Assembly (NCBI GenBank): GCA_011364985.1
Contig: RDOC01000001.1
Coordinates: forward strand, 64,001 to 128,000
Direction: 5' to 3'
DNA length: 64,000 nt
Source of the DNA: Candidatus Thorarchaeota archaeon
GTDB lineage: Archaea > Asgardarchaeota > Thorarchaeia > Thorarchaeales > Thorarchaeaceae
A program made the position numbers and the translations under genes. Of the stretch, positions 10,937 through 22,187 are shown in pieces. Position 1 is the first letter of the stretch. The number at the start of each line of letters is the position of its first letter. The notes beneath the pieces were generated by a model. It ran no database searches, was not told the origin of the DNA, and worked only from the letters and a program-made list of their open reading frames with translations.

Positions 10937-11479
10937 ATGCATCAAACTGACGAGCCAGTCTTTGTTGAGGAGTACAATCCGAACTGGGTTTCATGGTTTC
11001 AAAGACTTTGTGTCTTTCTTGAGCCCATACTTGGGCAGAGCTTCATAAGAATCGAGCATATAGGAAGCACAGCAATACCCGACATGGTAGCGAAACCGAT
11101 AATCGACCTCGATATTGTCATTCGGGAGTATGACTTCGAATCAGTCAAGTTGAATCTGGAGGCAGCTGGCTACGAACATCAAGGGGATCTTGGAATTACT
11201 GGACGGGAAGCATTCGTTCTATTAGACCGAAACCTAGAGAAGCAGTTGTCACCCCATCATCTGTATGTCTGCGACCAGAACAGCGACGAGCTGCATCGAC
11301 ATCTGGCCTTTAGGAACTATCTTCGTGTGCATAAGACCGAGGCGAAAGCATATTCTGACATTAAGCTGAAGCTCGTAAAACAACATAACAGAAACCGAGA
11401 GCTGTACATGCGTGGAAAAGACCAACTTATTCAGGCAATATTGCAACGAGCTCTCACTTGGGCAAGTGAAAAGGAGTAA
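10937..11479 (+). CDS. GrpB family protein (nucleotidyltransferase fold)
   Basis: YNPNW..F, IEHIGSTAIP...AKPIIDLD, HHLYV, HLAFRNYLR, YSDIK and Y..GK motifs; the ATG at 10937 is preferred over 10856. Confidence 0.9.
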   Translation: MHQTDEPVFVEEYNPNWVSWFQRLCVFLEPILGQSFIRIEHIGSTAIPDMVAKPIIDLDIVIREYDFESVKLNLEAAGYEHQGDLGITGREAFVLLDRNLEKQLSPHHLYVCDQNSDELHRHLAFRNYLRVHKTEAKAYSDIKLKLVKQHNRNRELYMRGKDQLIQAILQRALTWASEKE

Positions 11480-12517
11480 GATGGCAAGAAGGACAACAAC
11501 AACCTCAACAGCACAAGTCTGGGATTGACCAATCTTACTCGACCGAAGAACCACATTGGTCACAATAGTAATCACACCAATTCCACCTACTATCGCCACA
11601 ACATCCATGGGAAACGTGGGTCGAGAGGTAGATGTGATGATTGTGGTAGTCGTAGTAGTTGTAGTGGTGGTTGTCGTAGTCGAAGTAACAGGTTCAGCCG
11701 CTTCTATGAGTCAGATTGATGCCTTGAGAAGCAAATCTCATTCAGAATCAGGATCATTGAGTTCATCTTGGAAGGAAGTGCCATCTCTGTCATCGCCCGT
11801 CTCATATTTGGGATGGGGGCTTGAAAGAAACACTGTGGCCGACTAGTATCTACACGCAATCGTGGCTGGATGCCCGCTATCTGGATAGGTCATTATTGGA
11901 ATTGCCTCAGACATGCCATCCCCATAGAAATAGGCTGATCCCCAATGCATGGTGGAGTAGTTCTTCGGCTCTTCTGAAAGATCAGGTCCAGTTGAGATTC
12001 TGTTCACGGCGAGGATCATCAAATAGATGTCAGTATCCCATATAGGTTCACTGTATAATCCATCAAACAGACCAAGACCAGTAGTGTGAGTTCCAAGCAT
12101 CGACCCACCACAGATTCCGAAGTAGACGCCACTATCTGCTACGAACTCCGGGGCCTAGACCCGTCCATCAGCTTCCAACTGAAGGTTATTTTGATGCGTT
12201 GAGCCACCCGGAAATGCAATCATATCACAATTGTCTAGAACATCAGCTTTGACTGCCTCCACATCTATGTAGCTGGCTGTCGCATTCATCCACTCAAACA
12301 GATTCAGGAGCACGAAAGCACTAGAAGCAAGCCCACCCTCATCCAAGTAAACCGCAACATCAATTCCAGTCAAATCCGATCTGCGGGGTTCAAGTTGTTG
12401 GTGCAATATGACGGTTGCCGTATTCGATATGTGCAGATGAGGAATTAACAGGAAGATAACAGAGATTAGAAGCAAAGGTCTAAGCGCTACCGACAATTGC
12501 CCAGACATAGTAATCAT
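11480..12517 (-). pseudogene. Decayed surface protein: signal peptide + BPL-N/class I glutamine-amidotransferase-like domain + Thr-rich linker + TM
   Basis: One continuous frame (VAVY..G, FPGG, YFGICGG, VFLSSPHP, poly-Thr, TM) interrupted by TAG 12155-57, TAG 11843-45, TGA 11738-40 and TGA 11711-13; the 3' end is uncertain. Confidence 0.8.
11642..11680 (-). repeat. (ACN)13 poly-threonine coding run
   Basis: Imperfect trinucleotide run encoding the Thr linker of the pseudogene. Confidence 0.8.
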
Positions 12518-12668
12518 CCAAATTAAAACACTGAGTGTTTAGCTTGATTACAACGTGAATGTTCAACGCACCATATTTGAGCTATAGATTCACAAAGGAC
12601 TCGGACACATAGTTACTGCATATGCTCGAAAATTATTAATTCCCGTTTACAGGTCACAGCGATGCGGC

Positions 12669-14906
12669 TTGGAGGTAGTTGCATTGTTGTGCCAACTGCT
12701 CAATAAGAAAAACGTGTCATTGACTGTTGTCTTCTTACTGACAATCTCATTTCTTCCATATTCAATGCAGAACGGGGAAATGACAACAAATTCAATCGCA
12801 GCATATTCAGGTGACCGAAGTGATGCGTTTGGACATTCACAGCCCAATTTGGCTGCACTGACCCCGCATGATTCGATTCTCATCACCAATAATTCGCAGT
12901 TTGGCGACCAAGGGTGGCCTGGTCAAGGAGTGGAGGAGAATCCGTACCTGATAGAGAGCCTGTTAATCCATGTTACTCATTCGGATGTGGCAATCAACAT
13001 CTCAAAGACTGATGTATACTTCGAGGTTCGTCATTGCGTATTCACAAGCAATTCCACGGAAACCACCGACATTAAACTCCAGAATGTTTCTCACTGCAAA
13101 ATCTGGAATACAACATTTCTCGATAGTAGATATGGCATAAGAACAGAGAGCTGTGAACAGATTGTAGTCCATCAGAATCTGTTTCTAAATCAAAGTGGTG
13201 AGTCAATACGGTTTCAGAGAACAAATAGTTCGTTTATCTCTTCAAACAACTGCACCGAATGCAAGTATGGGATAGTAGCATCTTATTCAATATCAAACAC
13301 ATTTGAGAACAACTACTTTTCTCATCATCCAAGCGGCAAGAACAATGGCATTAGTATCCATTATTGTAATTCATCGATTGTCAGAGATAATGAACTCCAG
13401 GGTTTCTATAATCCGTTATACATTGCTCATTGTAATGACATCCAAATTGCTGGAAATAACTGCACTAGTTCAACACTTGGACTAGATGGTTATGATATTA
13501 GTAATTGTGATATCATAGAGAACACATTCAATGGAAATCGCACTTCTGCTGAAGGCATTCTTCTTGACTATGCGATTTCTAACACAATCAGTGGAAACAA
13601 TTGTACTCTCAACGAATTTGGCATTTATCTCTGTGAGGAGTGTAGTCATAATCTAATCTCATCGAATACCTGTAACAACAATACCTATGGGATTTACCTT
13701 GAGAAGGCATTTCGTAATGATAACAATGAGATATCCTTGAATACCTGCGAGTTCAATGAGATAGGAGTATACCTTGATCAGTCAGCACGCAATATAGTTC
13801 AAGATAATCTTCTGCGCTTCAACAATGATACTGGAATAAGTGCGTGGTATGTTAACGATACCGCCATCACCAGAAATCACATTGTTGGTGGCCTTATTGA
13901 TTCTCAAATTGGAATCTACACCATGGGCTTGAATAATGACCTGACCTTCAATACTATTAAAACATGCCATTTGGGGTTATTTCTAGATGATTCACTAGCA
14001 TCGTGCTCAATTCATGGGAATATAGTAAGGAACACGACTTATTGTGTCTTAGCGTTTATTGCAAGTGATACTCCGGTCACATGGAATATCTTCCAATACT
14101 ATGAGTTTGCTTTCATAGAGTCAGGTGGTTACACTGTGGAGTACAATTACTGGTCTGAGTATGACGGTGTGGATGCAAATACAGATGGCTATGGTGATAC
14201 ACCATATCCTGTTGGAAATATAGAGGATCCATATCCGCTTGTATATCTCCCTATTCTACCTGTATGGGATATAGAACCCAGCGACCAGAACGTTGAATTT
14301 GGTAATGACTTCGAATATACACTAAATGTGCTCTCTACCCCCGGAATTGCACCAATCACAAGCTGGGAGATAAACAACACTGGTCTTTTCAGTATCACAG
14401 CAGGAGTAATATCATCCACTACCGATTTGGCATTGGGTGACATCCCACTAGAGGTCAGAGCTATCAATATCTATGATCATTATCTGGTCGGAACATTCAC
14501 ATTGACGGTTCAAGACACAACTGACCCAATCCTTAGTACACCAGCTGATATTGCATATCAGGAAGGGGCGACGGGCAATTGGATTAACTGGTCGGCAACC
14601 GATCTGTTACCAAGCAGCTATCAAATCACGGTCAATGGAAGCCTCCTGCAGGCCGGCGTTTGGAATGAGTCCGATGAAGTCATCAGGGTCTCTGTGGATG
14701 GTTTAGCGACTGGAGAATATACATACGAATTGACTGTCTTTGATGGAGGAGGAAATTCAGCCAGCGATATCGTAGTAGTCACTGTAGAAGCACTTCCACC
14801 TTCGGATGACGGAACTCTGTTGATTGCTTTGGCAGTGGCAGGCGTTGGGGTTGTTGTGCTAGTAATAGTGGTCTACTTGGGCAAGAAAAGTCCAAAAGAG
14901 CCATAG
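12669..14906 (+). CDS. Membrane-anchored surface protein with NosD/parallel beta-helix repeats and Ig-like stalk domains
   Basis: Signal peptide, repeated N..GI.L....N.I..N units, NYWSEY..D.N.DG.GD.PY motif, beta-sandwich stalk, C-terminal TM plus KK; start uncertain. Confidence 0.9.
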   Translation: MEVVALLCQLLNKKNVSLTVVFLLTISFLPYSMQNGEMTTNSIAAYSGDRSDAFGHSQPNLAALTPHDSILITNNSQFGDQGWPGQGVEENPYLIESLLIHVTHSDVAINISKTDVYFEVRHCVFTSNSTETTDIKLQNVSHCKIWNTTFLDSRYGIRTESCEQIVVHQNLFLNQSGESIRFQRTNSSFISSNNCTECKYGIVASYSISNTFENNYFSHHPSGKNNGISIHYCNSSIVRDNELQGFYNPLYIAHCNDIQIAGNNCTSSTLGLDGYDISNCDIIENTFNGNRTSAEGILLDYAISNTISGNNCTLNEFGIYLCEECSHNLISSNTCNNNTYGIYLEKAFRNDNNEISLNTCEFNEIGVYLDQSARNIVQDNLLRFNNDTGISAWYVNDTAITRNHIVGGLIDSQIGIYTMGLNNDLTFNTIKTCHLGLFLDDSLASCSIHGNIVRNTTYCVLAFIASDTPVTWNIFQYYEFAFIESGGYTVEYNYWSEYDGVDANTDGYGDTPYPVGNIEDPYPLVYLPILPVWDIEPSDQNVEFGNDFEYTLNVLSTPGIAPITSWEINNTGLFSITAGVISSTTDLALGDIPLEVRAINIYDHYLVGTFTLTVQDTTDPILSTPADIAYQEGATGNWINWSATDLLPSSYQITVNGSLLQAGVWNESDEVIRVSVDGLATGEYTYELTVFDGGGNSASDIVVVTVEALPPSDDGTLLIALAVAGVGVVVLVIVVYLGKKSPKEP

Positions 14907-14917
14907 GTTGATTTGCG

Positions 14918-14980
14918 ATGCTCGGCCGAGAAACCTAGTGTGTCTACAGCTGAGCATTTCCCTTTGTTTTGATCTTTATT
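14918..14980 (+). terminator. Possible hairpin plus pyrimidine-tract terminator
   Basis: ATGCTCGGC (14918-26) / GCTGAGCAT (14949-57), then TTCCCTTTGTTTT. Confidence 0.4.
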
Positions 14981-15004
14981 CTCAGACTGCCTCCCAGATA
15001 GTGC

Positions 15005-15427
15005 CTACTTTGCAATGTGACGAGCAACCACTGTTAGGATGAGCGCGAATGCCCAAGCGGTGTGCATAATCAGCCAAGTCAGAACAAGGAGACCGACCAA
15101 GCCAGCAGTCCATAACACCCAGAATATCACCAATGCCAGACTGATAATGCCAAATCCTGCTGCAATTGCAATAATCCACTTCCCTAGTCGAACATGACGA
15201 ATTGTTAGAAGAACCCCGCCAAGGATTATGGCAACTCCACCAAGCCAAGCGATGACCCAGAGAATGAATAGGATGACTGCGATAACTGGGAATATAGGAT
15301 CAAGTGCAGGTATTGCATTGAGGAAATTGTAGATCAGTACAATTGTTTCAGTTCCCTCATTATATCCGACAGCAATTAGAATAAGCCCTGCAATAAGACA
15401 GAGTAGGAAGGGATCGCGATTCCTCAT
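15005..15427 (-). CDS. Small integral membrane protein (about 4 TM)
   Basis: 140 aa, almost entirely hydrophobic helices. Confidence 0.8.
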   Translation of the reverse strand: MRNRDPFLLCLIAGLILIAVGYNEGTETIVLIYNFLNAIPALDPIFPVIAVILFILWVIAWLGGVAIILGGVLLTIRHVRLGKWIIAIAAGFGIISLALVIFWVLWTAGLVGLLVLTWLIMHTAWAFALILTVVARHIAK

Positions 15428-15668
15428 TTTCTATCTTGGAATGGAAATGCAAAGGTCCTTTTCTACAAATTGTTGATGTGGTCAATCAGGTTCAGATGCG
15501 ACCTATTCTCTTGTTCTCCTACACTCCTACTATCATTTTCAGGCGGTGAGCGAAACCTCTGCAAGAGAAAGAATTCCAAGAATCACTCGAAAGATGGTTT
15601 TCGAGGAATCCCGACCATCTCTTGTCCGACATCTGTTCAGGAGAAGGGATTCCCTCTCTTGTTCAAAG

Positions 15669-16319
15669 TCACTCCACACTTGGAAAGAGAACGTCAAGAG
15701 ATCCCTCTGCTTCAAGCCAGAGAAGAGCCCACACCCAGAGAATGGCAGTTAGCGCCGTCAAAATCTCAGGAATTGCCATTCCCATCCAAGGTACAGATCC
15801 ATTGAAGGTTCCCCGCCAAATATAAACGGAGAAGAAAGGAAGCAGTAGCGAAACAACACTAAACCATCTTAGCCCCGGGAATCTAAGCCAAGACAATCCC
15901 ACGAACCACATCGCAAAAGGAAAGCTTGCAAAAAACCCAACTGAAACATAGAAATGAATTGCACCAAAGTTCTCAGAGAATATGCCAATTGCAGCAACAA
16001 ATGCTGATGCCAACGCAAACGGAAGGAAGGCAATCTGCGTTAGCAGGTCATTGAGTCGCTTGATGAGAATCAGTATCACTATAAAGAGAAGAATACCTGC
16101 TATGATTAATCCAGAGTTGAATATGACAGCTCGAAGCAGTGGATTTGGCCCAATATCAGTGCGAGTATAGTGACCAAGATCGCTGAGGGCATTTGTGACC
16201 CAATCGAAATTAGGAGACAATCCGATTGCAGCAAGAATGCAGCCTATTGCGATTATTGGGGCGACGAATCCCATCAAGATTGCTCTTGGAAAACCTCTGA
16301 GATTCTTTAGAAATGACAT
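15669..16319 (-). CDS. DUF998-family membrane protein
   Basis: SPNFDW..NALSDLG, FNSGLI, GIFSE, H..VS..FF and AIPE motifs; the ATG at 16319 is preferred. Confidence 0.82.
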   Translation of the reverse strand: MSFLKNLRGFPRAILMGFVAPIIAIGCILAAIGLSPNFDWVTNALSDLGHYTRTDIGPNPLLRAVIFNSGLIIAGILLFIVILILIKRLNDLLTQIAFLPFALASAFVAAIGIFSENFGAIHFYVSVGFFASFPFAMWFVGLSWLRFPGLRWFSVVSLLLPFFSVYIWRGTFNGSVPWMGMAIPEILTALTAILWVWALLWLEAEGSLDVLFPSVE

Positions 16320-16462
16320 AGACAAATACACGCACGCTCGATGTTTAGATACATATGTTGAATGTTCTAGGGCAGCAAAAACAATGAATGGTTTAAAATG
16401 CATTGATACAGATTTCATTCATAACGGTATATGTGCCACAAAGAACTGGAGAGTGCACTTCT

Positions 16463-18784
16463 GTGAAAATCACGAGGAGAATGACAATATTCTGTATGAT
16501 TACAATCTCGCTGCTCGCAATGGTCACATTTGTTACGCCAGCAGCAGCGGTATATGTGAGCGTTGTTGAGGACGAGTTCGTTTATGGGCTCATTCCCGAT
16601 AGCAATAATCACAGCTATGTGTATTTGGAATATGATCCTTTGAACTATGTGTCTCGATACCAGATAACAAGTGCAGAGGATCTTGGAGCAATGAATTACA
16701 TCTATACGTACGGTGGCTGGCAGGACCTTCCTCTTGCTGCCCCAGGAGAGGTAGAAACGATTTGGGGATGGAACGGGCATGGCAACACTGGTCAAGGCAC
16801 ATATGGGGAGAGAGTCTACTTCCCTCAATTCTGTGATTTCGCATCCTCAAGCGGAGATCCAGTTAATGCCAATATCACTGCCCGCCAAAGAAGTATAGGG
16901 CTACCAGTTGGACAAGAAACCTCTGTTGTAGTAGAAGAGGGTTGGACGTATTACGGTGCAATAGGCATTGGAAATGAGGAGTTCATCCATCTTCAAATTG
17001 GATGTCGCTCAGAACTAGTAACATGGAGCGCATCACTCTATGACCCCGATGGGTTCTATGTTGGAGAGATTAGTGCAGCAGAAGGCGAAGTCCGCCTTCT
17101 TCCCTTCAAACCTGCCAAGTCAGGAACCTATGTTGTAGTATTCTATGTAGACGCAACTGATACTGGGCTTATAGTAATGGATTTCCTTCCTCAACCAATT
17201 GCTCCTGTTGAAATTCCACTGAACGGACTTGTTGATGGCAATTTGGAGGGAAGCGAGTGGGTAATCAAGGATGGAAACATTGTTTATGAGGAAAAAGTGC
17301 CAACGGCACATACCTATCGTATCCGCTCTGCCGAAGATGGACCGGCGAAGCTACTGTACTCCATGAACGTTCCCAGCTGGTTTCTGCCACCCTTTGAACC
17401 AGTTCAGCCATCAGTATCAATCACTGGTGACGCGTTCAATATGGACAGCAAAAGTCAATATCGTTCGACCTACACCAGCGGAGCAGATTCTTGGGGGTAT
17501 CAGTCATTCGGAGGAATGAGCTTCTACGTCACCATCATGGGTGGCGAGAACTACGAGTACACGTTGTATAACCAAGATCTCCAATCATCCATGCTTCCGA
17601 CCAACGAATCCTTCTATGTAGAGAATCTGATGGTGTCCGACTACGAGCATAGAGTCTATGGCCTACATCTGGAAGAGGATTCCTTGATGAAACTGAACTC
17701 CTCAAACCATCCAATTGACGTTAGTTGGAGCTATTGGACAGTAGATGAGGATATGGCACTTCGCAGTTCCTCGATTTCCTACATGGACGATTTCGAATCA
17801 ACCACAACATACTATCTACCTGCCGGAGATTACGTCTTTCAGGCCTATGTAGGTGTGAGCGTTGCAGAGCATTTTGAGTTCACCACCGGTACCATTGGGC
17901 AGAGCCCGAATGTCGAGGTCAAGGCCGGAGGCATTGCTGGATTCAGAACTAGTAGCAGCTGTTTTGACTACTACAACTTGACCTATGCCTTCATGACCCA
18001 AGACAATGTCACAGCCCGGGGAATCATTGGAGTAATGGATGCCTTTGGTACACATAAGTACTCCACAGTTATTCAACTAGGAAACATCCAAGATGGAAGT
18101 TCATGGATTGCCTACGGAGCAAATGAATCAGATGTTCTCCTGACCTCGCGGACCGAGGCGGATGTAATTGTCTATTTCAGTCCAACCTGGGTTCGAAACA
18201 ATACTGCAGGCTTGGAGAACTACTACCCAGACTATGTCGTGACATACCGAGCAGTATGGGACGAAGTGTCAGACGAGGTGTTCGACGAAACAAAGACCCT
18301 CACAATAAGCGGTGTCTCAGGTTCTGTGAATTTCACTTTGCCAGATGTAGGGGAGAACAACGAATACTACCGGCTGAATCTTGTTGCACCAGTGGGAATC
18401 TGGTGGAACGTGACTGTGACTGTGGGAGAAGTGGATGACTGGAGTGTCACGATATATCAAGAATATGACTACTTATGCCAAAGACTCCAGAACTCAGATA
18501 TTCTTGATACTGCGAGCGGCTCAGTACTTGATGTATTGACATTCCAGTTTGGAACAATCAGTAACGAAACCACCTTCTCGTTTGAGGTCGATAGAGCTGG
18601 CAATCCTCTTGGATTCTTCCATGTCCAAATCGCGTCTCTCAATACCACAACTTACCAAGGCGCCGAAGCACTGACAGGTCCCGCAGCGTCCATTGGCCCG
18701 ACTCTTGTCTATATTGGTGTTGGGGCTGGAGCAGTGGTCATTGTTGTGGTCTTGGCTGTGCTCTACAAGCGAAGAACAGGTTAG
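16463..18784 (+). CDS. Large secreted, C-terminally anchored beta-rich surface protein (PPC-like sandwich repeats)
   Basis: Signal peptide after the GTG at 16463, LYDPDG and P.KSGTYVV motifs, many N-x-S/T sequons, C-terminal TM plus KRR. Confidence 0.82.
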   Translation: MKITRRMTIFCMITISLLAMVTFVTPAAAVYVSVVEDEFVYGLIPDSNNHSYVYLEYDPLNYVSRYQITSAEDLGAMNYIYTYGGWQDLPLAAPGEVETIWGWNGHGNTGQGTYGERVYFPQFCDFASSSGDPVNANITARQRSIGLPVGQETSVVVEEGWTYYGAIGIGNEEFIHLQIGCRSELVTWSASLYDPDGFYVGEISAAEGEVRLLPFKPAKSGTYVVVFYVDATDTGLIVMDFLPQPIAPVEIPLNGLVDGNLEGSEWVIKDGNIVYEEKVPTAHTYRIRSAEDGPAKLLYSMNVPSWFLPPFEPVQPSVSITGDAFNMDSKSQYRSTYTSGADSWGYQSFGGMSFYVTIMGGENYEYTLYNQDLQSSMLPTNESFYVENLMVSDYEHRVYGLHLEEDSLMKLNSSNHPIDVSWSYWTVDEDMALRSSSISYMDDFESTTTYYLPAGDYVFQAYVGVSVAEHFEFTTGTIGQSPNVEVKAGGIAGFRTSSSCFDYYNLTYAFMTQDNVTARGIIGVMDAFGTHKYSTVIQLGNIQDGSSWIAYGANESDVLLTSRTEADVIVYFSPTWVRNNTAGLENYYPDYVVTYRAVWDEVSDEVFDETKTLTISGVSGSVNFTLPDVGENNEYYRLNLVAPVGIWWNVTVTVGEVDDWSVTIYQEYDYLCQRLQNSDILDTASGSVLDVLTFQFGTISNETTFSFEVDRAGNPLGFFHVQIASLNTTTYQGAEALTGPAASIGPTLVYIGVGAGAVVIVVVLAVLYKRRTG

Positions 18785-18797
18785 TATAATCTCTTAG

Positions 18798-18846
18798 AGA
18801 AGGTGCACATTGTCTGTGTGCCTTCTTTCCTTTCCTTTTTCTCTTT
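18798..18846 (+). terminator. Hairpin plus long pyrimidine tract, putative terminator
   Basis: AGAAGGTGCACA-ttgtc-TGTGTGCCTTCT followed by TTCCTTTCCTTTTTCTCTTT. Confidence 0.65.
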
Positions 18847-18875
18847 CAGAATGTATCTAGGAGGTTCTCAGTAGC

Positions 18876-19544
18876 CTACTGAAGATTGTAAGTTTCGCCC
18901 TCCTTCAGGCTATGAAACTCGACGCCATCTTGGGATTCAACGCCCTTCCGGAATTCATCTGTGCTTTTGTCCCATGTATGCATAGGGATTACCACCTTGG
19001 GCCTGACTATCTTGGTTGCCTCAACGGCATCTGCATTATCCATTGTGTAGGTATCACCGCAAGGGAGCAAAGCCACATCCACAGGGCCAAGGTCGGACAT
19101 CTCTGGAATCACATCAGTATCTCCTGCAAAATAGATTGTCTTCCCTTTGACCTTAATCAAGTAGCCAACACCAAATCCCTTTGGATGAAATGGAGTACCA
19201 GGGGTCCGGAAACGCTTCACGTTGTACGCATGCACTGCTTTTATTCTGATGCCTTGAACCTCAGTTTCCTCTCCAGGTTCAAGGGATATGATGTTGCCTC
19301 CAAGCTTCTGACCACAGTCAGCAGGTGCTATAACGGTGGTATCTAAAACACGAACCTCGTTTATTGCTTCGGGGAAACAATGGTCATTATGAGAGTGACT
19401 ACAGAGCATCAAGAAAGCAGTAGGCAGTTTATCTGGAACACGCTCACGAAGCTCCTTTGACCTGTAGAGGTCAACATAGATTACTCTTTCATCCACATTG
19501 ATTTGAAAGCTGGCATGACCAAGCCATCGAATTGAAGTTGTCAT
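18876..19544 (-). CDS. MBL-fold metallo-hydrolase (UlaG-like)
   Basis: WLGHASF, SHSHNDH, YFAGDTD and VIPMH. Confidence 0.92.
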   Translation of the reverse strand: MTTSIRWLGHASFQINVDERVIYVDLYRSKELRERVPDKLPTAFLMLCSHSHNDHCFPEAINEVRVLDTTVIAPADCGQKLGGNIISLEPGEETEVQGIRIKAVHAYNVKRFRTPGTPFHPKGFGVGYLIKVKGKTIYFAGDTDVIPEMSDLGPVDVALLPCGDTYTMDNADAVEATKIVRPKVVIPMHTWDKSTDEFRKGVESQDGVEFHSLKEGETYNLQ

Positions 19545-19618
19545 TGAAATCACATAGTATAGGAAGCCGGTTCATATATCTGATTTTCCCCAGAAGGATA
19601 GTTACAGAAGTGAATACT

Positions 19619-20296
19619 GTGAGAATTGCAGCAGTTTCGGATGTTCATAGTCCAAGATATTTCGCTGAGTTCGAGAGGTCTCTTTCCCTATTAGACACCC
19701 CAGACTTGTTTCTATTGGCGGGGGATATGGTGAATAGAGGATTGATACAAGAATACGACAGAGTAGTAAATGCTCTCGAAGCAAAATTGGAACGAACAGT
19801 GCCTATTGTTTCTTGCTTGGGGAATGAGGAGTACAACGAGGACCGGATGGAACTTGTCGAGCAAACCAGACATATGATTCGGTTTCTGGAGGATGATGCA
19901 ATAGTGCTGGAAGTTGCCGGAAGAGAGATTGGAATTGTAAGTGGCCCAGCTCCGCTAGACCGACGGTCTAAGACTACTGAGTTGGGTGGACGAAGTATTC
20001 GTCAGCGGTTCGAGCAGCGGATCAATCGTCTTTCAAGTCTCATTGAAGAAACGGCAGAAAAGGCTAGCTATACGATTCTGCTAATGCACTATAGTCCTCT
20101 CGCAGAAACAAGCAGTGCAGGTGATGAACTACTCTTTTCATGGTGGATAGCTGAGGCGATGATGACCACTCGACCTGACTTGATTGTTCACGGGCACACC
20201 CACAGCGCTACACATTCAAGAATAGAAATTGAAGGCACACCAATCTACAACGTGGCGATTCCGGCGACTGGCGTGATAACTAGGATTCATTTGTGA
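19619..20296 (+). CDS. Calcineurin-like metallophosphoesterase
   Basis: SDVH, LAGD, GNEE, MHYSP and HGHTH motifs. Confidence 0.9.
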   Translation: MRIAAVSDVHSPRYFAEFERSLSLLDTPDLFLLAGDMVNRGLIQEYDRVVNALEAKLERTVPIVSCLGNEEYNEDRMELVEQTRHMIRFLEDDAIVLEVAGREIGIVSGPAPLDRRSKTTELGGRSIRQRFEQRINRLSSLIEETAEKASYTILLMHYSPLAETSSAGDELLFSWWIAEAMMTTRPDLIVHGHTHSATHSRIEIEGTPIYNVAIPATGVITRIHL

Positions 20297-20362
20297 GAGA
20301 GGAACCTACTTATTCGATTATGAAAGACTGAACCCGAGAACTGACTTGGATGTCGGGAATTC

Positions 20363-22057
20363 CTAGAAGATCTTGGGCTCCTTCCATTCTCCAAATACAT
20401 CTCGCCATACATCGCAAATCTCGCCCACGGATGCGTAGGCCTTCACAGCTTCGACAACGTGGGGCAGCACATTATCATCATTATCAGATGCCTTTCTCAG
20501 CTTGTCAAGAGCTTCGTGAACCTTTGCATTATCGCGATTCTTTCTGGTATGATTGAGACGTTCTACCTGCCTACGCTCCACTTCAGGATCAATCTTGAGA
20601 ACCGGAATGCAGATTTCCTCGCCTTCAAGAACGAAATCATTCACTCCTACAATGATGCGTTTCTTTGACTCAATCTCTTTCTCATATCGATAAGCTGCAT
20701 CAGCAATTTCTTTCTGGAAGAAGCCCTTCTCAATCGCAGGCACCACTCCGCCAAGAGATTTCACTGTATCAAAGTACTTGTAAGCCTCTTCCTCAAGCTC
20801 ATTTGTCAACGCCTCGATGTAGTAGGAACCTGCTAGAGGGTCAATGGTGTTGGCAACGCCGCTCTCATGCTCCAAAACTTGTTGTGTGCGCAAAGCTACT
20901 CGAACAGCATCTTCTGTTGGTAGGCAAAGTGCTTCATCCATTGAGTTAGTATGTAGAGATTGGGTTCCTCCCAAAACAGCCGCTAGAGCTTGATAGGCAG
21001 TTCGAATGACGTTAACAGTGGGTTGTTGAGCTGTCAAAGAACAACCTGCCGTCTGTGTATGGAACCGCATCCAAAGTGATCGATCCTTCTTTGCTCCAAA
21101 GGTTTCCTTCATCTCTCGTGCCCAGATCCGCCGTGCAGCTCTATACTTGGCAACCTCTTCGAAGATGTCATTGTGGGCATTGAAGAAGAAGGATAGCCGA
21201 GAAGCAAACTCATCAACATCCAGACCGTGCTCGATGCCAATTCGTACATACTCCATGCCATTCATCAACGTGAAGGCAAGCTCCTGTGCAGCAGTGGCTC
21301 CAGCCTCACGAATGTGATAGCCACTAATCGAGATGGTGTTCCATCTTGGAATATTCTTTGCACAATATTCCATGATATTGGCGATGATGCGTAGAGAAGG
21401 CTCTGGGCCGAAGATCCAGCTCTTCTGTGCCTGATACTCCTTCAGAATATCATTCTGAATTGTGCCACCAATCTGATGTGAGGAAACGCCCTGTTTCTCA
21501 GCAGCGACCATATACATCGAAAGGAGGATAGATGCTGGAGCATTGATGGTCATTGAGGTCGTAACTCTATCAAGAGGGATTCCATCGAAGAGAATCTCCA
21601 TATCTTTCAAAGTGTCGACGGCAACACCGAGCTTGCCAACCTCCCCAAAGCTTTCTGGATGATCCGAGTCGCGCCCGTAGATGGTAGGCAAATGAAATGC
21701 TACACTGAGACCTGTCTGCCCATTTGCAAGTAGGAACTTGAACCGCTCATTAGTTTCTTCTGCACTACCCATCCCTGCGAATTGACGCATGGTCCATGTC
21801 CGTCCGCGATACATTGAGGGCTGAACACCTCGCGTAAAGGGATACTGGCTAGGAAATCCTAGGTCATTCATGTAGTTGAAATTGGGAAAGTCAAGGGGAG
21901 TATAAATCCGGCGCACTAGACGGCTCGATGTGCTGACGAACTCTTCCTTTTGCTCAGGATGCTTGTCCGTATGAGGCTTCAACACCTCTTTCTCCCATTT
22001 TTCCTTGGCAGCTTTCATCTCAGCAAGATTCGGATTATCTGTTTGCTCGTTTCCCAT
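20363..22057 (-). CDS. AdoCbl-dependent acyl-CoA mutase large subunit (MCM family, isobutyryl-CoA mutase-type signature)
   Basis: [50 protein letters not shown]; no fused B12-binding domain. Confidence 0.93.
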   Translation of the reverse strand: MGNEQTDNPNLAEMKAAKEKWEKEVLKPHTDKHPEQKEEFVSTSSRLVRRIYTPLDFPNFNYMNDLGFPSQYPFTRGVQPSMYRGRTWTMRQFAGMGSAEETNERFKFLLANGQTGLSVAFHLPTIYGRDSDHPESFGEVGKLGVAVDTLKDMEILFDGIPLDRVTTSMTINAPASILLSMYMVAAEKQGVSSHQIGGTIQNDILKEYQAQKSWIFGPEPSLRIIANIMEYCAKNIPRWNTISISGYHIREAGATAAQELAFTLMNGMEYVRIGIEHGLDVDEFASRLSFFFNAHNDIFEEVAKYRAARRIWAREMKETFGAKKDRSLWMRFHTQTAGCSLTAQQPTVNVIRTAYQALAAVLGGTQSLHTNSMDEALCLPTEDAVRVALRTQQVLEHESGVANTIDPLAGSYYIEALTNELEEEAYKYFDTVKSLGGVVPAIEKGFFQKEIADAAYRYEKEIESKKRIIVGVNDFVLEGEEICIPVLKIDPEVERRQVERLNHTRKNRDNAKVHEALDKLRKASDNDDNVLPHVVEAVKAYASVGEICDVWRDVFGEWKEPKIF

Positions 22058-22187
22058 GGAGTCTCCTTCCTTCTGAGTCAAATCAGTCTGATTCAGGTCA
22101 TGATATTAACTGTTCGATTGTCAACTATCATGCATTCTAGGCAGCTTTATCTAAGGCAGGTCAGTACGGACGCAGAGGTTATCCGTG

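Noticed and set aside
11711-11740. Selenocysteine at the in-frame TGAs
   Set aside because: The contexts look like Trp positions rather than redox Cys, two TAGs also interrupt the frame, and I saw no SECIS-like element.
11556-11846. Poly-Val plus-strand ORF
   Set aside because: It is the antisense shadow of the poly-Thr linker.
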